Source: Epiperipatus broadwayi (lineage: Eukaryota; Animalia; Onychophora). From it: 64,000 nt of DNA. The translations under genes were made by a program, and so were the position numbers. The stretch covers positions 32,922,001-32,986,000 of the forward strand of contig JAQFVV010000002.1 of the NCBI GenBank assembly GCA_028023455.1, in the 5' to 3' direction. The notes below the pieces were generated by a model that did no database searches, was not told where the DNA came from, and worked only from the letters and a program-made list of their open reading frames with translations. Shown here piece after piece: positions 12,323 to 25,214 of this stretch (its first letter is position 1; the number at the start of each line of letters is the position of its first letter).

Positions 12323-12934
12323 ATATAATTCTTTTCTAATAATAATAAGCTTCACTTTTTTGCGTAAAGCGCAATTTAAAACTTACCACTCAAAGGTGAA
12401 GTAAAAAACAAGGATTTTATAAACTTATAAACAAAATTAAACTTCTCTAACAAGCATGTTAGTGCAGAATTATTAGTATCATATATATCTTTATTATATG
12501 AAGAGTATTTATCAATAGTAAATTGTTTCATTTTGATTTACAAGTGTCAAACTCGCTCCTCCCACAACTTTGACACCATCCACTTCAGATAAATACAGTA
12601 ATGATTATCATTAATCATTTACTAAACTGGAAATTGTCACTTGTAAATCAAAATGCAACAATTTATACATATTGTGCTATTTCAACCATCTAGTTTTAAT
12701 TCGTAAATACTCTGCGCATTTTGGTGTAGTTGGTAGAGCATTCAACTTGGGGATTTGGAGATTCTAGGACCGATTCTGACCTCACAGGTTTGGTGCTCGA
12801 ACTGCTTATGAATTCCCAAGCTGTAAAGCCACACACCTTTTTTTTTAGTTTGTAAATGTTTTTAGAAAAATTCAAAATTTTATTCAAAACTTTTTAAAAG
12901 CATCCAATTGTTATTAATAATCCATAGGTTACCG

Positions 12935-13111
12935 TATAACACAAAGTTTCAAGCATTTAAAGTTGCAGACCATGCTTGTAATAATGAATTTATGTTCAAT
13001 TGGAAAAATATAAGAATATTGGACAGGAAGAATCAGAACATCTGGAAACCACTCATTTACCAGGTCCTTAAAAAAAGAATAAAATCAGAAGTCTCAAATA
13101 GTATATACTGA
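12935..13111 (+). pseudogene. Penelope-like GIY-YIG endonuclease C-terminal remnant
   Basis: KVADHACNNEFMFNWKNIRILDRK matches the H...H.F.W.N..ILD.E motif of PLE endonucleases. Confidence 0.65.
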
Positions 13112-13300
13112 TTATTGCTTTTGATGGGATAACCTAGTTGGTTAGAACATTTTATCTTATATTCAGTATTTATGAATCTAAAAGTCTTTAGTTTAATTCC
13201 CTTGCTAATACCGTCATTAGTCAGTCCAACAATGTCTGAAGAAGAATACCATTCAAAACATTGTTCAATGGCGGAATACACCATAAGCTGGCTATAGCAA
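13080..13300 (-). pseudogene. Possible PLE RT thumb/linker remnant
   Basis: YSAIEQCF...LKTFRFI...SNQLGYPIKSNNQYI resembles the L..NGYP...I motif. It lies head-on to the endonuclease fragment. Confidence 0.35.
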
Positions 13301-13859
13301 AGGAAATTAATCTTTAATTTCATATAGGCATTTTAAATTTGTTTATATATATATATGTATATGTGTGTAATACAAATAAAATGTCTGTTAATTAACAAAT
13401 TGTAATAATAATAAATATAACAGTGATTAACTATTATACACAGTCTTTCAATCTGTAGAAGTACTTTCAGTTAATTACTTAACCCTCTTCAACTACCGTT
13501 TATTTTTTATTCTTATATATATATAATTATATGATTATTTGCTCAGGGAATCGTAATGTTTGAGCATCTAGGTTGAACATAACAATTGTGGGTTGATGGG
13601 TTCTTTTTAAAGGCTTGCAACATCTTTGATCCAATTTTTATCAACTATGATAAATTATCAAATAATTGTGAAAATGACATTTAAATATTAAAAGGATTCC
13701 CATTTGAATGTTAAAAATTTAAAAGAATAAAACCAATTCAGTAAAGAAAATCTGTACATCCTTGCACATATAATTAATTATCTTCATTGTTTGTTAACCC
13801 TTTTCATTCTCTAAAATAAACTATAACCAATTCTGCCAATCAAGATTGCCACTCACCTT

Positions 13860-14200
13860 TTTAAAATATTGTATGAATATATGTGGACAATGGATAATAG
13901 AATTAGGAATATATTGGAAGCCTTTGAGATGTGGACATGGAAAAGAATGGAAAAAATCAGTTGGATGAATAAAGCAACCATAGAAGTTTTGAAAAGAGTA
14001 AATGAAAAAAAAATTGAGGAAATCAAAAAGAGAAACTGGATTGGACATATATGGTGAGTGTAAGAAGAAAGGATGGTAAAGATTGACATTGTTGGATGAT
14101 ACAAGAGATAGCAAGAGTTACATGGAATTGAAGAGCTGGGCAATGAAGAGAATGGATTGAAAAAATGAATGAATTGATGATATGGCTATTCTCTGGACCT
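13860..14200 (+). mobile_element. RTE-type LINE RT C-terminal remnant
   Basis: WTMDNRIRNILEAFEMWTWKRMEKISW...WIGHI. Confidence 0.8.
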
Positions 14201-14748
14201 GTCGATAGGTTACAATACTGTTGATTGATACATTAATTTAGTTATATGCTATCAAAATATATATATATTTAAATAAAAAAATATAAACAAATAAAAATGA
14301 AAAATCATTTACTTCACTTTTATAGTTTTTAAAATATTGAGCGATTATAAAATATCCAATATTAATATGCATGTATATGTATCTTTCCATCTCTCACACT
14401 TTAAGAACGTCTTTACTATTAATAATCAATGGTAGTAAGCCTGGGCTGTAGGATAAGAAGATAATTATTAATGTTGGTTAATCGACTATTAAATATTATA
14501 AAGTATTAATATTAATATGGATTAAATATGTGTGTATTTCTTTCTTTTGGAGACATTCTTCTCTCTTAACTTTTTACTTATATATAAACCACCATTTTGA
14601 CATGGATGTGTCCTACTACAATATATTTCTTTATTTGACATTAGATATAACTCAGCAAGTCTCTGTTGATTGTTTGCATCTTAATAATAAATACATATCA
14701 TACCATTTACAACTTTCTTAAACGTTTTATCAATACTCCTTATATCAA

Positions 14749-14788
14749 AACTAACAGTTTCGGCTGTCCTGCAGTCATCATCAGAGTT
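14749..14788 (-). ncRNA. Family A minimal hammerhead, intact core
   Basis: aact CTGATGA t gactg cagga cagcc GAAA ctg TT agtt. Stem I is aact/agtt. Confidence 0.65.
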
Positions 14789-14834
14789 ACAATATTCAAA
14801 TATATAGTTATATAATTGTATATTTGAATATTGT

Positions 14835-14873
14835 AGCTCTGATGAGACTGCAGGACAGTCAAAACTGTTAGTT
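14835..14873 (+). ncRNA. Family A hammerhead (G12 to A)
   Basis: agct CTGATGA gactg cagga cagtc AAAA ctg TT agtt. Confidence 0.5.
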
Positions 14874-15059
14874 TTGATATAAATAAAGAGTATTGATAAA
14901 GGGTTTAAGAAAGTTGTAAATGGTATATGTTAAAGTAGAAAGCAATACGAAGAAGAAAATTATATAATAATAAATACATTGAATTAAAATTTATGAAACC
15001 ATTAAAACAACATGATTATCATTTCTCATGCATAAACAAACTTAAAATAGTAGCAAATT

Positions 15060-15425
15060 CTCCCTACTTGCTCATAAGCTGATGGTGACTGTGATTTTTA
15101 AAAAGCCAAAGACACCAAAATGATACTGGACATAATATATGACTATACAAGCAAATGAGCTTGGATTGAAAACGTTATTGTGATTTCATCTGGACTCATA
15201 GCTTTATAGTCAACTAAATAGATAAAAGATGGCTGCTGGAGGGTTGCATTAGATCCTAAGATTTAGATGCAGTGCTCTCAGGTCCAAGGCTCTTCACTGA
15301 TGAAAGCCACAAACTAGAAACTAGTCTGCGGATATTTGGTGAGTAGGCATTACGTATACACAAACCTTCTTGCATCCATTGTTTTGTGAGGCTTGCACTA
15401 GGTGGCACTACTGTTTAGAGTTTGC
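15060..15425 (+). mobile_element. Family B retrozyme-like unit with hammerhead at 15291-15332
   Basis: tcttca CTGATGA a agc cacaa act a GAAA ctag TC tgcgga. The body matches 38210-38700. Confidence 0.8.
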
Positions 15426-16382
15426 TACAATTTTAAAATTGATGATGATTTATAATATTGTAGACAGAATTTACCTTATTATCATTATTTATCAATCTCA
15501 GTAGATCCAACAATATATGCTTTTTCTCAATTACATTTATTACCTGAATTAATACCAGTTATATTATAAATATTATATTATTTACTGATGATCAATTTCA
15601 CATTTTTGTTTTTCAGTACTGTTTGTTGATGTTTTTAATCTTCCATTTCTATTAGATATAAAGCTATAAATGTGTATAGATAATTTTATTTATATCTGAG
15701 TAATTTAGAAGTCATAAATATGTATTAGGAAAATTTATTTGTATTGGAATTTTATAAAAACATAAAAATAATATTAATGTTTTTGTATCAGTTTGTAATA
15801 TAAATTTCCATAAAACATATTTATGACTTTTAAAAATATCCAAATATAAATAATATTACCTATATAACATGTATCTGCATATATATACTCATAGTATAAT
15901 AAGGACATCATAAACAGTACCTGGGTGTTGAATATTTAAAGATATAGATGCTAATAGCTTTTAAATAATAGAATTTTTATATTACAAAACTCTATTAAAA
16001 TTTTTTAAAAAATTAATAATAAATGAGTTGTATTATACAGTACTTATTCAAATTGATATTATAGCCATAAATAGATATATAAACATGCATTGTGCAAAGA
16101 AACTGCAGCATTGGCAGATAGTAAATAGACTAACCATAAACGAAAATAATTGCTACTTTAAACTAAATTTGGAATAACCCAATCACAAACATTTTGTTTA
16201 GCATCAGTTTAAAAAAAGAATCTCTTTGAATTATTTTGTTTAGAAGAGCTTAAATTTTGCTAATAAAATTGTAACTCAAGCCTTTTTTTTAAATGTGACT
16301 TAGTTTTTATATTTGTTATTCTTTTTTATGGTCTATCATTTCTGGTGAAGGTGGAAAGAAAAACAATTTATTTTACATTAGA

Positions 16383-16650
16383 AAATATAGGGGATTTGAA
16401 CTCAGACTTTCTAGCAACCTTCAACTATCCACACTATCTCATACTACTGATACACATATTCACTCACATGTAGAAAACATAAATAATCATCAATATACGT
16501 ATTTTGAGCTGAACCAACACTCATCAGTTGGTCCAGATTATCATCTCCCACATATGTATATTGGTGATTAAGGTCATGTGTATCAGTAGTATGAGATAGT
16601 GTGGATATTTGAAGGTTGCTTGAAAGTCTGAGTTCAAATCCTCTATACTT
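16383..16650. mobile_element. Family C fold-back copy with a degenerate hammerhead (16489-16533, minus) near the turn
   Basis: Arms ggggatttgaactcagacttt...caaccttcaactatccacactatctc / gagatagtgtggatatttgaaggttgcttgaaagtctgagttcaaatcc. Confidence 0.85.
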
Positions 16651-17696
16651 ACAATTTTTTTTCTTTCCATAATTTCATTTTCTGCTGTATTTTGTTCCAA
16701 ACCATCCTCATTTACATCACATATAATAGTTCGCATTTTATTGATAAGCTTTGATTACAATAGGATAACATATTATTTATTGAATTACAAATGAACCATG
16801 TTTTTCAACATGCATATAGATATGACTTCTTTATGTATAGAATGCATAAATCACAGGACAAACAAAATTAAATATAATCCAGTTATTAATAATAAATTAA
16901 AGGAGTAAATTTACATATACATTTACTATGTGTGTGCTTATTCATTCATATTTACTCAAAAAATAAAAATTTATTGTATCCAATCTTTATTTTTCTAGAT
17001 AAAATGAATAATGAAATGACTTTCATCACACTTAAATGCACTCTTAGTGATATTCTTTTATTCTAAAACTTTTTCCCTATAGAAATGTAATAGCAATTTT
17101 GTTATTAGGGACTAAACTCTAATTATTTTGATGGTTTTAAGTCCATATCAACTTTACGAATATTCCTAAATTTTGCAAACTTTTAGAATTATTCTTAGAA
17201 AACATTTTATTACATAAAACGCTGTAAATCAAATTCTGCAAGAATAATAACGCTTTAAACATAAGCTGATGAGCATTACTAATCACATGTAATGTTCAGA
17301 GATAGAAAAATGATTGCTGAAATGTTATAAATTTTATTAAATTTACAGATTTCAGTGTTTTGTTTTTTGTCGATTTAACATTCTTGTTTAGTTACACATG
17401 CTTACGGTTGCAGTACCGAAATTTATCAAAATCATGAAGAAAACATGGTTAAGTAAATATGCATTTAAGATTGTTGTCATACTGAAATTCGTAAAATTTA
17501 ATAAGTTTGTGAATTTTAATGTTTTTATTATTTGTTTACATTTTTTCTTATAGCGTATAATTAAATTTTTGTATATGGATACAGCATATATTGTGGCTTA
17601 CTGTAATTATAAAACTTTAATTGGAGAGTTTCTTTTTAATATTTCTTATATAAACTCCCTATTTTGTCTGTCGTCTGAATGTTTTCCGCAATGTTG

Positions 17697-17795
17697 TTTT
17701 TTTTTTCATGTGTCAAAGTATCGGCCGGAAGTGAACTCGCGAACATGGGACAACGGCTTGTAAGGCAGCTGTGCTGACCACCCAGCCACCAACGC
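17697..17795 (-). mobile_element. tRNA-Gly(TCC)-derived short SINE, anticodon loop reads CT-TAC-AA
   Basis: GCGTTGGTGGCTGGGTGGTCAGCACAGCTGCCTTACAAGCCGTTG..., tail tgacacatg(A)10, and a 16-bp TSD aaacaac(c/a)ttgcggaa. Confidence 0.75.
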
Positions 17796-18193
17796 TTTGG
17801 CTTCCGCAAGGTTGTTTAATTGGTCATTTTAATAAATTACAAAAATGACAAATTTGACAGCATCGAAAAAAACTTAATAAGTAACCATACTTAACTAAAT
17901 TGTAATTTATATTATGAACATTTTACACAAAGCAAGTAATTCCACCCTTTATATTTGATAATCCGTAATTTTTATTACGAAGCATATTCTATGCGAAGGA
18001 AGTAATTCCCCATTAATAAAAAAATATTTGGAGAAAAATCAGTATATGTATTTTTAACTACAGTACAGAATTGAATAGGCATAGTATTTAAATAAAAAAA
18101 AAAACTATTACAAAACCCATGGCCTTTCAGGCTGACTACATTTCTGACATTTATTTCTATAATATTAAAATATTTTAATTTACATTGAATTGC

Positions 18194-18345
18194 AACATTA
18201 TTAATCGTAAAGACACATGCTTCTCGATATCGAAGAAATGGAGCAACTGACCTTTAACGTTGTATAATTTGCATATAGTCACAGAGGGTTACTTCACTCA
18301 GAGCTATGAAATATGAGAGCACACCTCTCGAAAGTGCTCAGCAGA
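18194..18345 (+). mobile_element. Penelope-like 3' end (subfamily E3) with variant hammerhead at 18303-18342
   Basis: INRKDTCFSISKKWSN* followed about 55 nt later by gct ATGAAATA t gagag cacac ctctc GAAA gtgc TC agc. Confidence 0.75.
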
Positions 18346-18839
18346 GAAATTTAGTAATAAAGTAAACAGTAGCTTTGTGGGTTAGGTGTTAATAACACCA
18401 ATATTGTTTTACTCATTAAATTTTAAACAAAAATTGTTAAAGCAACCAATGGCTGGGTACATCTGGTATTATTTATATTTTCAATGCAGAGTTATATTTC
18501 TGTTAGAATCATATTTTTTATAGGATAATTTTAAAAGAGAAAAAAAATATTCACGAGTTGCATTTTTATTGCTTATAAAAAATAATATTCTTTATAGACA
18601 GCAAATAAAATTAAAGCTAATAACTGAAAGGGCTTTGGACATTTTTTTGCTAATCATTGTATAATGGATAAGATGGCGTAGTATTAAATTGGCATCTTTG
18701 TAAATTTAATATAAACACAGAGATCTGTAAGACCTACATATGAATCAAGTTTATTTACATTAACTTTTAGTGAGAATAAATGTAAAAAAAACATAAAGAT
18801 GGCAAATTATTTCTCTTATTCAGATGCATCCGTGTATAT

Positions 18840-19583
18840 CAGGGATGGCCAAGATATCGGCCGTGGTCAATCAGTCGACTGCAAGATCCCTGGAAGTCAA
18901 CTACAAAGCTGACATGAACATTGACAAATTATAGTGATAAATTCAGAGCTGATTTGAATATAAAAAATAATAAAAGTAAAAATTCAAAATTATTCTCATT
19001 TAAAAATAGTTAAATTTAAAATTAAAATATTATCTGTTGTTATTATCGATCTCAAAAATAAACCCAGGTTGGAAGAAGCTGAAAAGAATTAAATTCAATT
19101 CTAAAACAATAATTTTCTTTTTTCTCTCTCTATATTTTCTTGAATTTTTTTTAAAATTTAGGACCAGCTCTAGAAAATAATTATTTATGGGTAATTTAAT
19201 AATTGTAATTTAATAAATATTTTATAAAGTGACATAGACAAATTGTAATACTAGAGGGAGCTGATGTAATTTAATAATAGTCATAGTAAAATGTCTTTGA
19301 TAGAAAAAAAATCATCAGTCCATATGTATCTTCTAAAAATGTCACCAATATTTGTGAATACTTAAAAAGCCTATATTTATATATAAAAAAAACACCAATT
19401 CGTAAGTACATTCTTAAAAAGCCAGAACTTCAAAACATTTTTTCCGTTCTGGTTTTCGATCTGGCAAAAATAACATTTTTTTTTTTGGTTTCCAGTTCAA
19501 AGTACTGAAAAAAATATAGTCACCCTCAGATACACTTTCACCAAAAAAGTCACCCCCAATGTCTAAAAGTTTGGCCAACCTTG
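18840..19583. mobile_element. Possible hAT-type non-autonomous or composite element
   Basis: Termini cagggatggccaa / ttggccaaccttg. TSD only partial (gtgtatat / ctatatat). Confidence 0.4.
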
Positions 19584-19689
19584 CTATATATGAATATAGG
19601 TAATTTTATTTATATTTAGATAACTTAAAAAATCATAAATATATAAAAGTTTGTTACATGTATTTCAAAATTTGTATACAAAAAAGAGA

Positions 19690-19915
19690 CATGTGACTTT
19701 ATTGCTTAGGAATTCATAAGATGTTTGCGTGCCAGAATTGATTCTGGAAGGTCCCGATCCTAAGTCAGATGCTCGACCAACTATGCCAAACTGGTAAAAA
19801 ATGCTAATGGCTTTATTGGTCAGGAGTTCATAAGAAGTTTGAAAGCCAGAATCGAACGTGGGGTTCCCAATCCGAAATTGGATGTTCAATCAACGGCGAT
19901 AAACCACACAGAGTA
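19690..19915 (-). mobile_element. tRNA-headed SINE family F, two units in tandem
   Basis: The gaattcataaga(a/t)gtttg..gccagaat motif occurs twice and matches 49296-49430. Confidence 0.7.
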
Positions 19916-20559
19916 TTGTATGTATAAAAACATTAAATCCATTGAAAAGAAAAAGTGTGGACATCATTAAACACATTTAACATTTTATTACTATATAATA
20001 AAATGTTATATAATAATTTCAAAATGGTATTATTAAAATAATAACAACTATTTGATTTAAATTTTCTTGTGGGGGGGTGGGATAGACAACCCTCTCTCCC
20101 ATTGGTAGTAGTACATTTTTCAGTGATTTTAATATAAAATTATTTTGTTAGTACAACTGTAAAAGATGTATAAGATAGTATATGTCCTTTCAAAATGTCA
20201 GGGTTAAAACTTATTAATGGTCAATGATATGATTTATAAATATTTGTTTGAATATAATGTTAATTCATATTATGTAAAATTTGCATTATGTTTCTCCCTT
20301 CCCCCTTTTATGTTCTAAACATTTTAAGAATTTTCTTCTAAAATTTGTTTTTATATACTTTAACAATTGTACCAAAACTTGTGAATTTTATATGATAGTC
20401 TAAAATTAACCAATATTAGCAAGACAAATAAACATATTCTTAATTGTTATGGTTCAATTGATTAATCAAATTATGTTAATAATAATCAGCTAATATTAAT
20501 AATAACCAAATAAAAAGGTTAAAGTGAATAATTTAAAAGAATTTATCACATGAACTGGT

Positions 20560-21060
20560 GGTTATTAATAATTCACAACTGTCAATGGTAAATGTAATAA
20601 TTTTCAATTGAAAAATAGTGAAAAAATCAAGAAACTCTTCTTTCACATTCAGTGAAATTTCTGCAAAAAATTCAAGAAGCAAAGCTCTGCTAAGCAGTCA
20701 CTGAATAAGAAATTGAAAAAATATTACTGTTTTCTAAGACTAAATTTCCAATTGCGAATGTAGGCGAAACTACTCGAATAAGGATTCCAGAGATAGATAA
20801 GTCTAAAGCTGATAACCAAAATATAGCTTTTATAATTTCTATTAAAAATGAAAACTTATATAAACTAGGTACAAAATATTGTATTTTAAACAAAGTCTAT
20901 ACAAAAAATGAATTTACCATCTGCAAGGAAACTTATAGCAGTTAATGAAGTTCCAGATATTGAAATAAGTCTAAGAGAATTTTAGGTGGTCAAGGAGTTC
21001 AATATTACAATTATATAGGCGATTGTAACTCAAATCGCTGCAATTGTAAAATGCCAAAAA
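20560..21060 (+). mobile_element. Ginger2/KRBA2-like DDE transposase C-terminal remnant
   Basis: VGETTRIRIPEIDKSKADNQNIAFII...YKLGTKYCILNKVYTKNEFTICKE...VPDIEISLRE...GGQG...CNSNRCNCK. Confidence 0.7.
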
Positions 21061-22104
21061 TCTTTTCTCTTTCTACAAAAATAGTTTGTTTACTATATGT
21101 ATAGAAATTTATTTGTGTAATAAAAGATGTATTTTAATAATAAATAATAAAGTAAGAAACATTATAAAACATTTTTATTAAATTTATCATGATTCACTAA
21201 TTATTAATTTATCAGTAAATGTAATTATCACATTGACCAAAAGACACGGTTATTATTAATATTTACCAGTAAATGTAATTATTACATGTTATTAATCACA
21301 TTAACCAAAAAACACGGTTATTATTAACATTAGCCAGTAATTTATTAATACTAACCGAATTTAATATTTTTTATTTTCCTTTTTGTTATTGTTTGTAATA
21401 AATTAGCAAAAAAAATTTTTACATCCGCAGTTGAAAAGGTTTTATTTTTTAGGTACAGCTGATCATGCCTTGGTTTGGGACATCAATTACATGAACCTAA
21501 CATTTATACTGTATTAGAAATTTTACTTCAAATTATTATTTCATTTATGCATATTTTATAATATAAACAATCATATTCCTAATCTTAAAAACAAAGTTAC
21601 TATATATAATAAATCTATAAATAATAAATAAAGCAATATGCTTTAAAGTTCAAACTAGATCTTAACATGTTACGTTTTATTATTATTCTTCCATGTCTCT
21701 AAATATACATATTTAATTATATTACTACATAAGTAGGTTTTTATTGCTAATTATATAGTAATGAATATGCATTTCAATTAGACCCTAACAGAACTTGTGA
21801 ATTAAATAATTCACGAGACCATATTGCAAATCTTAATTGGGAGGGGGCAATTAAATTAAATCTCTATAATAGCACTTCCATCACCATTCATAGAGCTGTC
21901 AAACAGTATATTATTTTTGTTTTGTAAAACTACTTACATCTCAATAGTTATATAAATCTTAGATGTGAGAATGCAATTCTTATTGTAATCTTATGGATGA
22001 CTGAAGAGAGCTTGAAAATCTGGGTTCAAATCCCTTTTAATTACATCTAGTTTAAGTATATACACTATACGTGTATTTAAATAATAAAAAAAAGTATAAT
22101 CATA

Positions 22105-22340
22105 AGATGGACTTGTTCTTGGATAATATTTCTGTAGTATAATTTTCACTAGACCATTCTCACGTAAGGTAGGGTCTGGTTTCCGCTTTTAACACCTTGT
22201 GGAGGGATATAATTATAAGCATATGACCAAAGACATGTGAAAACAATCTGTGATCCTTAAGATGAGCATATGCCCAGACCGCAATACATATCTCTATCAT
22301 TATTGGATAATCACTAGTCTAATGAATGACTAATAAAAAT
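22105..22340. mobile_element. Family D fragment, ribozyme deleted, partial fold-back
   Basis: atatttctgtagtataattttcacta...gtagggtctggtttccgcttttaacaccttgtggaggg matches 32820-32910. Confidence 0.7.
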
Positions 22341-23074
22341 TAGTAATGGACTTGTTTATGATTATGGATATATTCTAGTACAATCATCTTGATGATGAAT
22401 CATGAAGATGTAAATTGACGATAGATCATTATAGAGAAATAATGTTTACTGTATATGTTTAGCAAGAATCAATATTAACTCGACAGAATAGCATTTAGCC
22501 CAATATTTATCAAAATGGAAACTTAAACTGAAAGCAAACCATGAAACAAAAAAATCAATGACATTTACAAGTTCAGTATTTCAAGTGACAGTTTGTGACT
22601 ATTTGGATAATAATTTTCTTTTTAAGACATTAAATAGATAAGTGTTAAAGGATGATGGACATTGAGAAACCGTTTCCGACGATTATCAAATATTAGCCCT
22701 CGGTCTTACTACCAGAACGCAATATACATACACGTATACTATCATTTTTAAAAAAAATTAAGAATATTTGTTTGAATTAGTATTTAATTAATAATGTTTT
22801 TTTGGACGTGGTCGTATTAATTAATTACACATTTTGTTAATATCGTGGACCGACAATCGCCAATAGATTTCAAAACTACAAATCCATAACGCCTTTAAAA
22901 AAATATATAAAAATTAATCATAGGAATCTAATTATTAACTTATAAGTAATAATTATGATTTAAAATTTATTCTTTTAAGTTAAATATATATGTATTTTTT
23001 CTCCATACTGAAAAATATTCTTAACGCTCACTTACAATAAAATAATTAAAACTACAGGATTTGAAGAATGGCAA

Positions 23075-23140
23075 TTGAACGTCACGTGATACATTAACCT
23101 CGTTACTGCCCTCTTGCAACTGACCAATCGGCGTTGCTTT
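23075..23140 (+). promoter_or_regulatory. Candidate proximal promoter of the K2P gene
   Basis: Locally GC/CpG-richer patch with gtCACGTGat (E-box) and CCAAT, about 300 bp upstream of the ATG. Positional inference only. Confidence 0.3.
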
Positions 23141-23418
23141 CCATAAATTTACTCTGTTGTATTTTCTTTTATCCAGAAGCAACTGTTGCTGAAACTTGGC
23201 TTTATAACTTATTAATTTTTTTTCTTTTTCACGTATATATACAATTTGAAGATTGTTTTTTTTTTAATGAATGGGAATATGTATCGTTAGTTTAATGATG
23301 GTTGTTGTTTTTTTATGGAGTAGATGGCATTTAACGAATGTAATTTTTCTGGATAATTTATATACTGGAGCAAAAAAAAAGACTTTGTTTTTAATTAAAA
23401 GCGAAGATTTCTTCAATT

Positions 23419-23611
23419 ATGACTAAAAAAATATGTGGCTGTTTTCTTCCATGCGATATTCGCTTGATGTGTTTAATCATATTCTTCTTCGCATATCTTT
23501 GCTGTGGTGCATTAATTTTTGGGTTTCTGGAGCAACCGGAAGAAGATAGATCGAAAATAATGCTAAGAAAACTTCGGCAAGATTTTTTAAGTAATCATAC
23601 TTGCGTAACAG
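23419..23611 (+). CDS. First coding exon of a two-pore-domain potassium channel (TWIK/KCNK1/6-like): N-terminus, TM1 and cap helix
   Basis: MTKKICGCFLPCDIRLMCLIIFFFAYLCCGALIFGFLEQPEEDRSKIMLRKLRQDFLSNHTCVT matches the K2P TM1 (YL..GA.IF..LE.P.E) and cap (FL..H.C). A phase-1 donor CAG|GTAGG at 23611/23612 lies at the expected position. Confidence 0.88.
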
Positions 23612-24544
23612 GTAGGAGATATTATAAATCTTTTTAAAATTATTTATTTGCTTTAATATTAACTAACGTTCAGTGAATTGTCAGTGCTTCATTTATTAAT
23701 TTTATAAATACAGTAATGTGTTTTTGCGATCTCTTCTACTCTTTTGCCGAAAAATTAATGACTCTTGAATATATATTTGAAATAATTTATATGTATTGAA
23801 TCGTAGATAGATTAAAATAATTAAATATATATTATTTTAAAAATTATTTGAATTATAAATAGGGTGAACGATATCTTGAAATTAATTTTTAATAAGAAGA
23901 GTGTAGGTGGAATTCGCCTATACATTTTATTGTCTCTTGCTTGAAGAAACACACCTACTGAATGTATCCCTTATTTATAATTGATGTTTGATTAAAACAC
24001 TCTGTAATTGACCTTTAAGAAATCAATTATTAAAGTAATTTATCTCGTTTTCTTTTCAGCCACTTATTAATATGCTTTACGTTAATTATTTTATAAAATA
24101 TTAATTTAAAACATTTAAACTGCATTTTATATATAATTTGAGAAATATGAACAATAATTAAAAAAATAGTAATAAGCCAAGATGTGAATAAAACAAAATA
24201 TGAAAACAAATATATACAGTATAGTCTATAAATCCTGAGTTTGATGTGTAGGGAGTTTATAAATGGTTATTTTATTTTAGCTTCATTCATGTGGTTTGCC
24301 AATCAACCTAGATAAGAAATAGATAGAATGCGCCTTGAATATGAGATTTATCGTGTGGAAATTGTTGAACGAGTAGATTGGTTTTATTTTCATTTGTAGA
24401 ATAAATAGGCACAGAGGTTATGATGTATTCCAAAGTATCTAATTTAAATAGTCTTTTTCTGAATTTATAGTGTTTTTAAGAATATATGGAGAGAAAATCT
24501 TTTGGTTATTGTCTACAACTGATTTTAATTTGAATACCATTGTA

Positions 24545-24750
24545 GGTACTTTAATATTGTACCTGCTGTGAAATGTTATCACTATACTGGGTTAGGATTA
24601 GAGTTGAGACCAAGTTTCATCACAACCTGCTGGGATGAAATTCACCTACTGTGATGAAACTCGACCAACTGTGATGAAACTCAACTTCCACTCTATTCCT
24701 AACCCAGTGTAGCCATGATATTTTACAGCAAGTCTAATATTAAAGTACCA
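24545..24750. mobile_element. MITE-like palindromic element
   Basis: Inverted arms of about 60 bp (ggtactttaatatt...ctgggttaggattagagt / actctattcctaacccagtg...aatattaaagtacc) around repeated tgtgatgaaactc motifs. Confidence 0.7.
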
Positions 24751-25214
24751 ATTTGTCAAATGTGAGATATACCAATTTTTATTAAAATAAATTTTAGCCA
24801 TGTGTTAGAATAACATTTATTGTTATTTCAAATCATAATAATGTTAGCCATGTTTGAAATAAAAGATGGCACTAACTATGAAGTGTCATTATTTGTACTA
24901 ATAAAAGAATTGTTTACAACCTTTTTCAATTTCATTTGAATTTTATTTTATGAATTTTGTAAGGGGATGAAAAAGCTTTCATAGTCAAAAATACTGAGGT
25001 CTTGCTTCAATAGTCTACGAGATGCTTGATAGATATGCTTTTCAGAGTTCCTGTTGAAATTTCTTTTTGAAATACACCTGTTAAACTATTAGGTATGTGA
25101 GTTAAACACTATAATGGTATCAGTGGACATCATGTATTGCAAAAAGAATTTTTAATCCTCATTTAGCTTATTTGACAATACATTTTTACTAAAATCATGT
25201 TTTATTCTAGATCC

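Larger units (their letters stand above)
11545..12400 (-). mobile_element. Penelope-like element 3' end (subfamily E1): GIY-YIG endonuclease remnant, pseudo-LTR and inverted pseudo-LTR
   Basis: Minus frame from 12149 reads LLYIPSIARKYK...NNTKDKISSDQIAQAVYKISCP...YYGAT. After a frameshift it reads KSIFFEHQKTTGHVFEP...KIKEACFIANDNNVINRKESCFTISRKWSL* (ends about 11697). 11545-11790 is inverted at about 12150-12380. Confidence 0.85.
14693..14930. repeat. Head-to-head palindrome of family A (two hammerheads)
   Basis: Arms at about 14693-14803 and 14818-14930 are reverse complements. Confidence 0.9.

Noticed and set aside
17262-17305. CTGATGA followed by a 7-bp hairpin as a hammerhead
   Set aside because: No GAAA or UH follows the stem, and there is no second copy in the window.
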